Shown in pieces: positions 42,913 to 51,974 of a DNA stretch of 64,000 nucleotides (within the stretch, counting starts at the first letter, position 1; the number at the start of each line of letters is the position of its first letter). Where the stretch lies: positions 2,084,148 to 2,148,147 of the forward strand of contig OZ245046.1 of the NCBI GenBank assembly GCA_965224245.1, given 5' to 3'. Under the pieces are notes generated by a model. It did no database searches, was not told where the DNA came from, and saw nothing but the letters and a program-made list of their open reading frames with translations. Origin of the DNA: Candidatus Eiseniibacteriota bacterium (GTDB taxonomy: Bacteria; Eisenbacteria; RBG-16-71-46; CAZAMP01). The position numbers and the translations under genes are program-made.

Positions 42913-43985
42913 CGCGTGCGCGGCACCGTCACGCGCCCGGAGACGATGTCGTCCCGGTAGGCCTCGACCTGCGCGTGCACGTCGTCGTCGATCAGCTCCC
43001 GGTTGTGATCGTCGTAGACGTAGTCGACGCCCCGCTCGGCCAGTCCCAGCTCGCGCACGCCTCCCGAGAAGCGACCGGCCAGCTCGGCCTTGATCGTCTC
43101 GAAGACCGCGACGTCCACGCGCTTGACCATGCTGGACAGGATGCGCCCTGGCGCCTCCTCGTATTGATCGGAATCGACGCCGATCGCGAAGCGCCGCGTC
43201 TGGCGCGCCGCCTCGAACACGCCGAGACCGGTGGCGCCGGCCGCGTGGAAGATCACGTCCGCCCCGGACTCGTACTGCGCGAGGGCCAGCTCCTTGCCCT
43301 TCGACGGGTTCGCGAACGCCTCGCCGGTGACCCCGGCGTAGCTGACGAAGACGGTCACGTCCTCGCGCGCGTGCTCGGCGCCGGCCTCGTACCCCGCCTG
43401 GAAGCGATGGATCAGCGGGATGTCCATGCCGCCCACGAACCCGATCTTGCCCGTCTTCGACGTCAGCGCGGCCAGCGCGCCGACCAGGAACGAGCCCTCT
43501 TCCTCCCGGAACCGGAGCGCCGTCAGGTTCGGCGGCAGCGTCTCGCCGTCCTTCAGCGAGTAGTCCACGCAGGCGAAGTGCCGATCGGGGAACTCCTCGG
43601 CGATGTGCCGGATGTCGTCGGAGAACAGAAACCCGACCCCGAACACGAGCTTCAGGTCGGACGCCGCCATCTTCCTGAGCGACGGCTCGCGATCCGCGCC
43701 CGATGGTGGCTCCAGGATCTCGAAGTCGATCCCGAGCGAGTCGCGGGCCCGCAGGAGTCCCCGGTATGCGGCGTCGTTGAACGACTTGTCCCCGAGACCG
43801 CCCACGTCGAACACGAGCCCGACCACGGGACGGGACTGGCTGGACGACTGGTCCGCGCGGCATCCCCAGAGCACGACCGCCCCCAGCGAGAGGCCCACGA
43901 GCGCGGCCGACACCCCGCGGGCGAGGCGGCGCCGGGGCGGGTCCGGAACGCGCGTGCCACAGCGGTCGGCCATCATCCCTCCCTC
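42909..43985 (-). CDS. BMP-family ABC transporter substrate-binding lipoprotein (nucleoside-binding type)
   Basis: Start at 43983-43985 (GAGGGAGGG upstream); lipobox 'LWGC'; '[17 protein letters not shown]', 'FGVGFLF'. Confidence 0.8.
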   Translation of the reverse strand, partial: EGGMMADRCGTRVPDPPRRRLARGVSAALVGLSLGAVVLWGCRADQSSSQSRPVVGLVFDVGGLGDKSFNDAAYRGLLRARDSLGIDFEILEPPSGADREPSLRKMAASDLKLVFGVGFLFSDDIRHIAEEFPDRHFACVDYSLKDGETLPPNLTALRFREEEGSFLVGALAALTSKTGKIGFVGGMDIPLIHRFQAGYEAGAEHAREDVTVFVSYAGVTGEAFANPSKGKELALAQYESGADVIFHAAGATGLGVFEAARQTRRFAIGVDSDQYEEAPGRILSSMVKRVDVAVFETIKAELAGRFSGGVRELGLAERGVDYVYDDHNRELIDDDVHAQVEAYRDDIVSGRVTVPRTR

Positions 43986-44545
43986 GGCGGCTGGAAGCAG
44001 TGGCGGCATCGCGCCTCGTAGACGTCGGCGGCCCCGACCACGATGCGCTCGCCCGACGGTGTCTTGCGCTGGCTCCGATTGCCCGGCCCCCCGCACACCA
44101 CGCAGATGGCCAGCGTCTTGGTGATGTACTCGGCGATGGCCAGGAGCTCGGGGATCGGCTCGAACGGGCGACCGCGGTAGTCGGTGTCGAGCCCGGCGAC
44201 GATCACCCTCCGGCCGCCCGCCGCGAGATCCTGACACACACCGACCACGCGCGGACCGAAGAACTGCACCTCGTCGATGCCCACGACCTGGGCGTCGCCG
44301 GCCAGCTCGGCGATCTCGGCCGACGTGGACACGGCCTGCGACGGCAGGCTGATCTGACTGTGCGACACGATGTGATCGGCGCGGTAGCGGTCGTCGAGCT
44401 TGGGCTTGAAGATCGCCACCCGCTGCTTGGCGATCTCGGCGCGGCGCAGACGGCGAATGAGCTCCTCGGACTTTCCGCTGAACATGCTGCCGCAGATGAC
44501 TTCGACCCAGCCCGGCCGTCCGGCCGGATGCGGCGGTGGATTCAT
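43973..44545 (-). CDS. tdk: thymidine kinase
   Basis: '[17 protein letters not shown]', '[10 protein letters not shown]', C-terminal zinc ribbon 'CVVCGGPG...RCRHCF'. Confidence 0.85.
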   Translation of the reverse strand: MNPPPHPAGRPGWVEVICGSMFSGKSEELIRRLRRAEIAKQRVAIFKPKLDDRYRADHIVSHSQISLPSQAVSTSAEIAELAGDAQVVGIDEVQFFGPRVVGVCQDLAAGGRRVIVAGLDTDYRGRPFEPIPELLAIAEYITKTLAICVVCGGPGNRSQRKTPSGERIVVGAADVYEARCRHCFQPPREG

Positions 44546-44598
44546 GCGAGGACTCCCGACGACCGCCGGCGCCGTGGATCGCGCCGGGTCGTCCGCGT

Positions 44599-45237
44599 TC
44601 AGTTCATGCCCGCGAGCTGCGAGCGGATCTTGGTCTTCAACAGATCGACGGCCACGTGATTGTAGCCGCCCTCGGGAATGATGACGTCGGCGTAGCGCTT
44701 GGTGGGCTCGATGAACTGCTGGTGCATCGGCCGGACGTACGCCTCGTACTGCGCGATGATCGACTCGACCGAGCGCCCGCGCTCGAACACGTCCCGCTTG
44801 AGGCGGCGGATGAACCGCACGTCGGGATCGGTGTCGATGTACACCTTGATCCGCATCTTCTCGCGCAGTCGCCGGTCGTAGAACACGAGAATACCCTCCA
44901 GGATCACGATCCGCGAGCCGCCGGCGCGCGTGGTCTCCCGGGTGCGAACGTGGTTGACGTAGTCGTACACGGGGACGTCCACGTGCGTGCCGGACAGCAG
45001 CGTGTCGACGTGAGCCCGCAGGAGGTCGGTGTCGAACGCGTCTGGATGGTCGAAGTTGAACGCGGCGCGCTCGGGCTCGGGCATGTGGCCGAGGTCACGG
45101 TAGTAGTTGTCCTGCCGGAGGATGACGACCTTGTCGGGCCCCAGGTCGTCGTAGATGGACCGGGCCACCGACGTCTTGCCGGAGCCGCTGCCACCGGCGA
45201 TGCCGATCAGGATCCCCTCCTGCTCGCGCAGGATCAT
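44599..45237 (-). CDS. udk: uridine kinase
   Basis: Internal ATG at 45235-45237 gives 212 aa '[15 protein letters not shown]...LRQDNYYRD...YDYVNHVR'. Confidence 0.9.
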   Translation of the reverse strand: MILREQEGILIGIAGGSGSGKTSVARSIYDDLGPDKVVILRQDNYYRDLGHMPEPERAAFNFDHPDAFDTDLLRAHVDTLLSGTHVDVPVYDYVNHVRTRETTRAGGSRIVILEGILVFYDRRLREKMRIKVYIDTDPDVRFIRRLKRDVFERGRSVESIIAQYEAYVRPMHQQFIEPTKRYADVIIPEGGYNHVAVDLLKTKIRSQLAGMN

Positions 45238-45539
45238 GCCCCACCTCCCCCGGAGTCCCGGCCGGACGACGGCGAGCGCGATACGTCGTCCACCACCCCG
45301 ACGATCATCGTGCGTACGGGACCACGGCCGGTCTCCATGACCACCGCGGCGCCGCCGCCTTCGTCGTTGACGAGGACCCGATCGCCCACACCCGCGTCCA
45401 CGCTGTCCAGCGCGATCACGTCGTCGGGCTCGAGCTCGCCGCGATCGTTCTCGTACGCGATCACGAGCAGCTTCCATCCCACGAGCGCGGGATGCTTGAC
45501 GGTGGACACCACCTCGCCGGTCACCCGCGCGACACGCAC
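45234..45539 (-). CDS. EutN/CcmL/PduN-family bacterial microcompartment vertex protein homolog
   Basis: GTG at 45537-45539 (GGAGGA 8 nt upstream, 1 nt after the dNK stop) gives 101 aa 'VRVARVTGEVVSTVKHPALVGWKLLVI...ALDSVDAGVGDRVLV...PVRTMIVGVVDDV', collinear with E. coli EutN; the stop overlaps the udk ATG. Confidence 0.7.
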   Translation of the reverse strand: MRVARVTGEVVSTVKHPALVGWKLLVIAYENDRGELEPDDVIALDSVDAGVGDRVLVNDEGGGAAVVMETGRGPVRTMIVGVVDDVSRSPSSGRDSGGGGA

Positions 45540-45540
45540 G

Positions 45541-46194
45541 TCAGTCCTCCGGTCCCGCGTCCAGCGCACCCAGGCGACGCGCGCGGGCCCGTACGTCTCG
45601 GTAGATCCGCTCGAGGCCGTCGTCGAGAAAGTCGGGCGCCTCGGTGTCGACCTCGAGCACCTCGAAGCGATCGCGCGCCTCGGCCATCCAGGCCGCATAC
45701 GCGTTCTCCAGCCGCTGCAGGTACTCGCGCGAGATCCCCTGCTCGCACTCGCGGCCCCGGCTCTGGATCCGCTCCACGTGGGTGTCGATCGACGCCTTGA
45801 GGTACAGGATGAGATCTGGCGGGCGAAGCCCGTCGACCATCTCCCAGAACAGCGATCGGTAGGTGTCGTAGTCGATGCGCGACATGTCCCCTTGCCGGAG
45901 CAATGTCGTCGCGAAGACCTCGGCGTCCTCGTAGATCGTGCGATCCTGGATGAACGAGCGTTTCTCCATCACGAAGCGCTTCTGGGCCTTGTAACGCTCG
46001 GAGAGAAAGTACATCTGCAGGTGGAACGACCACCGCGCCATGTCGGCGTAGAAGTCCTCGAGATACGGGTTCTCGATGACGGGCTCGTAGTACACCGGCC
46101 AGCCCAGTCGCTGGCTGAGCGTGCTCGAGACGTGCGTCTTGCCCACGCCGATGTTGCCGGCGACCGCCAGGAAGAAGCCGCGCCCGGCGCTCAC
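45541..46194 (-). CDS. deoxynucleoside kinase (dAK/dGK/dCK family)
   Basis: P-loop 'VAGNIGVGKTH', 'YYEPVIENPYLEDFY', 'ERS'-type motif region; GTGA overlap with the hpt stop. Confidence 0.85.
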   Translation of the reverse strand: MSAGRGFFLAVAGNIGVGKTHVSSTLSQRLGWPVYYEPVIENPYLEDFYADMARWSFHLQMYFLSERYKAQKRFVMEKRSFIQDRTIYEDAEVFATTLLRQGDMSRIDYDTYRSLFWEMVDGLRPPDLILYLKASIDTHVERIQSRGRECEQGISREYLQRLENAYAAWMAEARDRFEVLEVDTEAPDFLDDGLERIYRDVRARARRLGALDAGPED

Positions 46195-46718
46195 ACGCCC
46201 GCCTCGGCCGGATCGAGAACGCCGATGTAGGGCAGCTCGCGGTGCCGCTCGGCGTAGTCCATGCCGTACCCGACCACGAACTTGTCGGGGATCGCGAAGC
46301 CCACGTAGTCCACCTTCACGTCCACCTCGCGCCGATCCACCTTGTCCAGGAGCGCGCAGGTCCTGAAGGACCGGGGGCGCCGGATCTGGAGGCTATCGCG
46401 CATGTAGGCCAGCGAGCGACCCGAGTCCACGATGTCCTCGACGAGCAAGAGATCGCGGCCGGAGACGTCGGTGTCCAGGTCCTTCAGCAGGCGCACGACG
46501 CCGCTGGAGGACGTGCCGTCCCCGTACGAGGACACGGACATGAAGTCGACCTCGTGCGGGATCGGCAGCCTGCGCATGAGGTCCGACATGAACATGAACG
46601 AGCCCTTGAGGACGCCGACCAGGATCAGGTCGGCGTCGGGACCGTAATCGCGCGTGATCTCCCCGGCGAGCTCGTCGACCCGCCGGTCGATCGCCTCGCG
46701 CGTGATGAGTATCTCCAC
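46191..46718 (-). CDS. hpt: hypoxanthine phosphoribosyltransferase
   Basis: GTG at 46716-46718 (GGGGGGAG upstream) gives 175 aa; PRPP motif 'LLLVEDIVDSGRS', 'YVGFAIPDKFVVGYGMDYAERHR'. Confidence 0.85.
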   Translation of the reverse strand: MEILITREAIDRRVDELAGEITRDYGPDADLILVGVLKGSFMFMSDLMRRLPIPHEVDFMSVSSYGDGTSSSGVVRLLKDLDTDVSGRDLLLVEDIVDSGRSLAYMRDSLQIRRPRSFRTCALLDKVDRREVDVKVDYVGFAIPDKFVVGYGMDYAERHRELPYIGVLDPAEAGV

Positions 46719-46851
46719 GGCTGAGCTCCCCCCTGCGCGCGCTTGCGGAATTGAGTCGGCGAGGGTAGCGTCCCGCTCGAGAGGGGTCAATCGGTCTCCC
46801 CGGCACACGCCGCAACGCGGTACGGCTCCGAACGCTCGCCCCGAGGTCGCC

Positions 46852-47949
46852 ATGGCAGACGACGCCACCACCCATCCTCCGATCACCCGCGAGCTGATCC
46901 TCGCGCTTCCCAAGACCGACCTCCACGTACACCTGGACGGATCCCTCCGGCCGGAGACCGTGCTGGAGCTGGTCGGGCAGTACGGGATCGAGCACCCGGC
47001 GAGGACTCCCGCCGAGATGCAGCGCGCGCTCAGCGTGGACGGGTCCCGATCCCTCGAGGAGTACCTCGAGGTCTTCGAGTTCACGCTGCGCCTGCTCCAG
47101 GAGCGCTCGTCCATCGAGCGAGTGGCCTACGAGCTGGCCGTCGACGCGGCCGCCGAGAACGTCCGGCACCTGGAGGTGCGATTCGCCCCGATTCTCCATC
47201 AGAGTCAGGGCCTCTCGCTGGACGAGATCCTGGACGCGGCCCTCGCCGGGCTCTCGCGGGCGAACTCCGAGACCGGCATCCGGACCGGCGTCATCGTGTG
47301 CGGCATCCGGCACATCCGCCCCGAGCGCTCGCTCGATCTGGCCGACCTGGCCGTGCGCTACAAGCACCGGGGCGTGGTCGCGTTCGATCTGGCCGGCGCC
47401 GAGCGGGACAACCCCGCCAAGCATCACCTGGAGGCGTTCTACCGGGTCCTCAATGCGAACCTCAGCTGCACCGTGCACGCCGGTGAGGCGTTCGGCCCGG
47501 CCTCCATCCACCAGGCCATTCACTACTGCGGCGCGCACCGGATCGGGCACGGCACACGGCTTCGGGAGGACCCCGAGCTCCTGGCCTACGTCAACGATCA
47601 CCGGATCCCGATCGAGATGTGCCTCACGTCCAACCTGCACACCGGCGCGATCTCGCGCCTCGAGGACCATCCGTTCCGCGACTACTTCGACCTGGGGCTC
47701 CGGGTCACGCTGAACACCGACAACCGGCTCATCTCGAACACGACGGTCACCGACGAGCTGGTCCTGGCCTGCGAGATGTTCCGGCTCACGCCCGGCGAGC
47801 TACGCTACGTGATCCTGAACGGATTCAAGAGCGCCTTCCTGCCCTTCGCCGAGAAGGTCGAGATGATGGCCCGCGTCGTGGAGGAGCTGGATTCGGTGCT
47901 CCAGGCGCATCATCCCGACAGCTCCCACCACGGCCGGTCGATCCTCTGA
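46852..47949 (+). CDS. add: adenosine deaminase
   Basis: Internal ATG at 46852; 'LPKTDLHVHLDGSLRPET', 'HAGE', 'HRIGHG', 'TLNTDN'; the listed ORF has a spurious 5' extension. Confidence 0.9.
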   Translation: MADDATTHPPITRELILALPKTDLHVHLDGSLRPETVLELVGQYGIEHPARTPAEMQRALSVDGSRSLEEYLEVFEFTLRLLQERSSIERVAYELAVDAAAENVRHLEVRFAPILHQSQGLSLDEILDAALAGLSRANSETGIRTGVIVCGIRHIRPERSLDLADLAVRYKHRGVVAFDLAGAERDNPAKHHLEAFYRVLNANLSCTVHAGEAFGPASIHQAIHYCGAHRIGHGTRLREDPELLAYVNDHRIPIEMCLTSNLHTGAISRLEDHPFRDYFDLGLRVTLNTDNRLISNTTVTDELVLACEMFRLTPGELRYVILNGFKSAFLPFAEKVEMMARVVEELDSVLQAHHPDSSHHGRSIL

Positions 47950-47992
47950 ACATCCCCGTCCACGCGGTCCTCACCTCGTGGCGGGAACACGC

Positions 47993-47998
47993 TATAAT
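47993..47998 (+). promoter_or_regulatory. isolated consensus -10 hexamer (TATAAT)
   Basis: Perfect TATAAT 60 nt upstream of the 48059 ATG in a 70% GC background; no good -35 partner. Confidence 0.25.
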
Positions 47999-48058
47999 GG
48001 ACGGGTCGCGCATGCGCGGCGCGAACCGTCGACGCACATCCCCGGAGCTCCATTCGGC

Positions 48059-48517
48059 ATGCCTCAGCTCGAGCAAACGAAGGTCCGTGTCTCCCGCCAA
48101 ACCGTTCGAATCCTCTGGTGGGCCTACGCCGGCGCCGTGGCGCTCTCCACCGTCCTGACCCTGGTCGGAACGGGCACGCGTGGAGAGACCGGGACGACCT
48201 GGTCGATTCCGGTGGCCGTGTGCCTGGGGGCCGCGCTGGTGGCCGCCATCTTCTCCTACCAGGTCATGATGTCGCTGCCCGGAGCCGGACATCAGATCTT
48301 CGACACCGTCGGCGATCACTTCGAGCTGGCGATTCGCAACCTCTTCTTGCGATTCGTTCTCGCCGGCGGCGCGGCGACCGGCACCGGGCTCGTGGGGGCC
48401 GTCACGTTCGCGCTCGGTGCGAACGGCGTGCTCAGCCTGGCCGTGATCGGCCTGGCGTTCGGGCTCCTGTTGCTCCTCCGCCAGCGCGTCGCACCGCTGG
48501 TTCACTACCTGGCCTAG
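48059..48517 (+). CDS. hypothetical membrane protein
   Basis: ATG at 48059 (GGAG upstream); about 4 hydrophobic segments; high GC3; the opposite-strand ORF is Arg-rich. Confidence 0.55.
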   Translation: MPQLEQTKVRVSRQTVRILWWAYAGAVALSTVLTLVGTGTRGETGTTWSIPVAVCLGAALVAAIFSYQVMMSLPGAGHQIFDTVGDHFELAIRNLFLRFVLAGGAATGTGLVGAVTFALGANGVLSLAVIGLAFGLLLLLRQRVAPLVHYLA

Positions 48518-48593
48518 CTCACCGGACCCGTCGCGCGCGGGCACGGGAGCGGGCGCGCTGCACCGCGATCCCCCGGACGGGCACCGAGGTCGC

Positions 48594-48622
48594 TTGAACC
48601 GAACGCCTTACGCGGCTATGCT
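48594..48622 (+). promoter_or_regulatory. putative sigma70-type promoter
   Basis: TTGAAC (48594-48599), 17-nt spacer, TATGCT (48617-48622), about 90 nt upstream of the 48715 ATG. Confidence 0.35.
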
Positions 48623-48714
48623 GTGCGGCCTTCGAACGCCCCCGGGGCGAACGGGCGTCTCCGACGTGCTCCGTCCCGGCTCGATTTCTCCCCCAAACGG
48701 AGGGCTTCCCGAAC

Positions 48715-49359
48715 ATGCCCAAAGCGATCTGCGGAGTCGTACTCGCCGCCGGCTACGGATCGGTCGGTGAGCAGCGGAAGGTCCATCTGACGGTCGACCG
48801 GAAGACGCTGGTGCGTCGAGCCGTGGATCGCTTCGACGAGACCGGCGTCTCCAGCGTGCTGGCCGTCATCGACCCCCGGGACGAGACCACGCGCCGGTCC
48901 CTGGAAGGCAGCCGGGCCACGATCGTCGAGGCGGCCACCGCACAGGTGAGCGCCGGCGTCGCCGCGGCGCTGGAGGGCGCGACGCCCGACGCCGACGCCT
49001 ACGCGTTCGTGCCGGCCACGCTGGCGCTGATCACGCCCGAGCTCCTGGCTCAGTCCCTGTCGGCCTTCGAAGAGACCGCCGACGGGATCCTGGCCACGGT
49101 CTACCAGGCGGTCCCGGGCTATCCGATGATCGTCGAGCGCCGGTTCCGGGATCCGCTCCTGGCCGCGGTGAAGGAGCAGTCGGACCCCCTGGGGCTTCTC
49201 CTGCTCGACCACCCTCGGGACGTGTTCGATCTCCACGTGATCACCGACGCGCCGATCTTCGACGTCGACGACGAGAGCGACTACGAGGAGCTGCACCGGC
49301 GGCTGGGGCTGAGCGTGCCCGAGTCGAGCCCCTCGTCCTCCGAGGGAGCCGGCGTCTGA
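48715..49359 (+). CDS. nucleotidyltransferase-family protein (MobA/MocA-like)
   Basis: 'ICGVVLAAGYGS...G' N-terminal NTP-transferase motif and C-terminal 'DVDDESDYEEL', as in MocA-type cytidylyltransferases. Confidence 0.6.
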   Translation: MPKAICGVVLAAGYGSVGEQRKVHLTVDRKTLVRRAVDRFDETGVSSVLAVIDPRDETTRRSLEGSRATIVEAATAQVSAGVAAALEGATPDADAYAFVPATLALITPELLAQSLSAFEETADGILATVYQAVPGYPMIVERRFRDPLLAAVKEQSDPLGLLLLDHPRDVFDLHVITDAPIFDVDDESDYEELHRRLGLSVPESSPSSSEGAGV

Positions 49360-49409
49360 CGACGCGCACCCTGCGCCTCATCCAGCGCCGGCGTCCCGCC
49401 GGACACGAG

Positions 49410-49445
49410 AAACGCCTCCCCGGGCCGGTGCCCGGGGAGGCGTTT
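49410..49445. terminator. bidirectional intrinsic terminator hairpin
   Basis: Perfect 15-bp inverted repeat AAACGCCTCCCCGGG / CCCGGGGAGGCGTTT with a 6-nt loop, between convergent genes ending at 49359 (+) and 49511 (-). Confidence 0.6.
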
Positions 49446-49510
49446 CGTCGTGTCGTCCGAGACCGTTGCCGGCCGAGGCGGCCCGTGGCCGCCCCGGGTC
49501 GACATCCGGT

Positions 49511-51289
49511 CTAGCGATACTGGCTCTTGATCTGGCCCCAGCTCTTGCGGTGGATCGGGGTCGGGCAGCTGACGCCGTCCTCGATGTCCGTCCGCCGCCG
49601 CGGCAGGACCTGGTAGCCCTCGTCGTACGGCGAGGAGCTGTCGAACTGGCCCGCGATCCCGGTGATCGTGAACGGCATGACCGGAATGGCCGAGCCGTCG
49701 ATGTCGGTGTCGCTGTCCACGCGCATCTCCGAGGGACCGGTACCGTCGTCGATCACGAGGTTGACGCTCACGCCGTCGGCCGGCCACTCGCCCGAGATGA
49801 TCTCGACGCCGCAGATCTTGATCAGGCAGTCGTCGTAGGCCTCGCCGTTGGAGGCGTACTCGCCGGTCGTGATCTCGATGGGCTCCGGCAGCGGCGCGGT
49901 GCCGGAGATCACGAGGCTCGTGATGCTGGTGATCTCGGTCTTGCCGTTGAAGAAGTCCAGCGTCCCGACGACCTCGGTGATGAAGTCACCCTCGGCGATC
50001 GGGTTGGCGAAGGTGTCGTAGCTGAAGTCGAAGAGCGTGATGCAGCAGCCGGTCGACGGCTGGTAGACCTGGATCTCCAGGCCGCCCACCCGGAACACGT
50101 CGGTGGCCACGGTGGCCACGACGTCCGTGATGCGCACGAGCTCGCCGAAGTGAACCGGGAAGCCGTTCGCGTCGTTCTCGTCCAGCTGACAGACGGTGTA
50201 GTCGGTCGGATCGGTGACCGGATCGCAGTCCGGATCGTTGAACGCGCCCGGCGTGGGCGTGATGTCGGCCACGAAGTCCTCGGCGTTGTCGTCGGTGTCC
50301 ACGCCGTCGGGGCAACGCGCGATCGACGTGCCACCCGGGACGTCCGGCGCCGCGGTCCCGCCCTCGCAGACCAGGTCCGGATCCTCGCCGTAGCACACGC
50401 TGTCGATGTTCTCGGCGGGGTCGGTGATGTCGTATGTGCCGTCGCCGTTGGCGTCGAAGGCCAGGACGACCTGGTCCGGTCCGTTCTGCCAGTCGGCGGT
50501 CGCGTCGATGAAGTCGGCCTCGGCCACCGTCGCGTCCTGGGCCACCACGAAGTAGCCGTCGCCCGGGATCGCGTTGCCGTCGAGCACGAGCGTCGCGTAC
50601 ACGACGCCGCCGTTGCCGTTCACGCCGATGAGCGCGTGACCGTCGAGGCTCTGGCCCGCGTTGCCGTAGAGCTCGGTGAACATACCCACGTCGGTGCCCG
50701 AGCCGTCGTAGAGCACCTCGTTGATCACGAGCGCGACGCCCGTGCCGCAGACGAGATCGTTCTCGGCGCCCGGCGTCGGCGTGTCGTCGGCCAGGAAGTC
50801 GACCTCGTTGTCGTCGGTGTCGGAGCCGTCCGGACAGCGGGCGAGCGAGACGCCGCCGAAGACGTCCTCGGCGAAGGTGCCGCCCTCGCAGACGAGGTCG
50901 GGATCGGAGCCGTAGCACACGCTGTCGATGATGTTCACTCCCTGCACCAGGCGGACCTGATCGGGGCCGTTCTGCCAGTCCGCGGTGCCGTCGACGAGGT
51001 CGGCCTCGGTCACGGTCGCGTCCTGACCGACGACGAAGTAGCCGTCGGCGGGAATCACGGATCCGGTCAGATCGATCGTCGCGTACACGACGCCGCCGTT
51101 GCCGTTGACGCCCTCGAGCGCGTACCCGTCGAGGCTCGTGCCGGGCTCGCCCTTGAGCTCGGTGAACATGCCCGCATCGGTGCCCGGGCCGTCGTACAGC
51201 AGCTCGTTGATGACGATCTGCGCTCCTGCCGTCCCGGCGAACCCGGTCAGCGCGAGAACGGACGCGATCGTCACTTGCAACCGCTTCAT
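49511..51289 (-). CDS. secreted protein with two tandem lamin-tail-like domains
   Basis: Internal ATG at 51287-51289 (AAGGAG upstream); signal peptide 'MKRLQVTIASVLALTGFAGTAGA'; two ~162-aa repeats each with 'INE(L/V)LYDG.GTD.GMFTEL', 'GVNGNGGVVYAT', 'GYFVV.QDATV', 'DSVCYG.DPDLVCEGGT', 'ARCPDG.DTDDN'. Confidence 0.75.
   Translation of the reverse strand: MKRLQVTIASVLALTGFAGTAGAQIVINELLYDGPGTDAGMFTELKGEPGTSLDGYALEGVNGNGGVVYATIDLTGSVIPADGYFVVGQDATVTEADLVDGTADWQNGPDQVRLVQGVNIIDSVCYGSDPDLVCEGGTFAEDVFGGVSLARCPDGSDTDDNEVDFLADDTPTPGAENDLVCGTGVALVINEVLYDGSGTDVGMFTELYGNAGQSLDGHALIGVNGNGGVVYATLVLDGNAIPGDGYFVVAQDATVAEADFIDATADWQNGPDQVVLAFDANGDGTYDITDPAENIDSVCYGEDPDLVCEGGTAAPDVPGGTSIARCPDGVDTDDNAEDFVADITPTPGAFNDPDCDPVTDPTDYTVCQLDENDANGFPVHFGELVRITDVVATVATDVFRVGGLEIQVYQPSTGCCITLFDFSYDTFANPIAEGDFITEVVGTLDFFNGKTEITSITSLVISGTAPLPEPIEITTGEYASNGEAYDDCLIKICGVEIISGEWPADGVSVNLVIDDGTGPSEMRVDSDTDIDGSAIPVMPFTITGIAGQFDSSSPYDEGYQVLPRRRTDIEDGVSCPTPIHRKSWGQIKSQYR
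50219..51220 (-). repeat. intragenic tandem duplication (2 x about 486 bp)
   Basis: DNA-level repeat, e.g. 'cgtcgcgtacacgacgccgccgttgccgtt' at 50591-50620 and again at 51077-51106; period 486 nt equals the 162-aa protein repeat. Confidence 0.65.
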
Positions 51290-51530
51290 GCGATGCACTC
51301 CTTTTGCGTTGCTGGCACTGGACCGCCGGAGCCTCACCCGGCCGGGTCCCGCGCGCAGGCGGGCACCCTCCCGGCCGGCCGACACCCGAACGGTCGGTCG
51401 CTGGATCTCCCATGGTCGCGTCATTTGCGTCAAGTCTATCACCGGCCTCGGTTTGGTACCACATGCGCGGCCCCCATCGGGCCCCATCACGAAGTTCTCA
51501 TCCACCGGCGCGCTTGCTAGACTGCCGCGC

Positions 51531-51974
51531 ATGAGCGCTCACCCCAAGCGACCGGACGGCCCTGCGCGCCCCGATCCGGGCACACGGGCCGCCCTCGAGG
51601 GCCTCGTCTCCCGGTGCGGGCCGTCGCCCGGTGACCAGTGCCCCGCTCTCGCGGCCTGCGGCGACACCGCGGGCCCGATCGGGGTCGCGGTCACGGTCCG
51701 GAGCCAGACGCCCGGCCTCGGCGCCTGCGCGACCCGGCTCGTCCTGGCCCGCGCCGTGGCCGAGGGACGGGCCGCCACACACCTGGTCGTGGACGGCGAC
51801 TGGCAACGGCTGTGCGGGCTCTGCCTGCAGACCCTGCTCGAGCTGGCGCCCGAAGCCCCGGTCTTTCCGCTCGGCCCCAACCCCTCGGCCCCGGTGCCCT
51901 GGCGATCGTTGATCCCGGATCCGTTCGTCTCGTTCATCCCCGAGCCGGCCCCCGGAGGCCCCCGTGTCGACTGA
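51531..51974 (+). CDS. hypothetical Cys-containing protein
   Basis: ATG at 51531; high GC3; 147 aa with 'CGPSPGDQCPALAACGD' and 'CGLC'; its stop overlaps the rpiB start. Confidence 0.5.
   Translation: MSAHPKRPDGPARPDPGTRAALEGLVSRCGPSPGDQCPALAACGDTAGPIGVAVTVRSQTPGLGACATRLVLARAVAEGRAATHLVVDGDWQRLCGLCLQTLLELAPEAPVFPLGPNPSAPVPWRSLIPDPFVSFIPEPAPGGPRVD

Noticed and set aside
45541-45698. Longer N-terminal extension of the vertex-protein ORF (listed as 154 aa)
   Set aside because: The extra 53 residues are Arg-rich, overlap the 3' end of the deoxynucleoside kinase gene and are absent from EutN/CcmL proteins; the GTG at 45539 with an SD is the supported start.
48100-48112. tRNA T-loop-like 'GTTCGAATCC' motif
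   Set aside because: Flanking sequence cannot form a T-stem or acceptor stem, and it lies inside a coding frame with good GC3 bias; no tRNA could be supported anywhere in the window.
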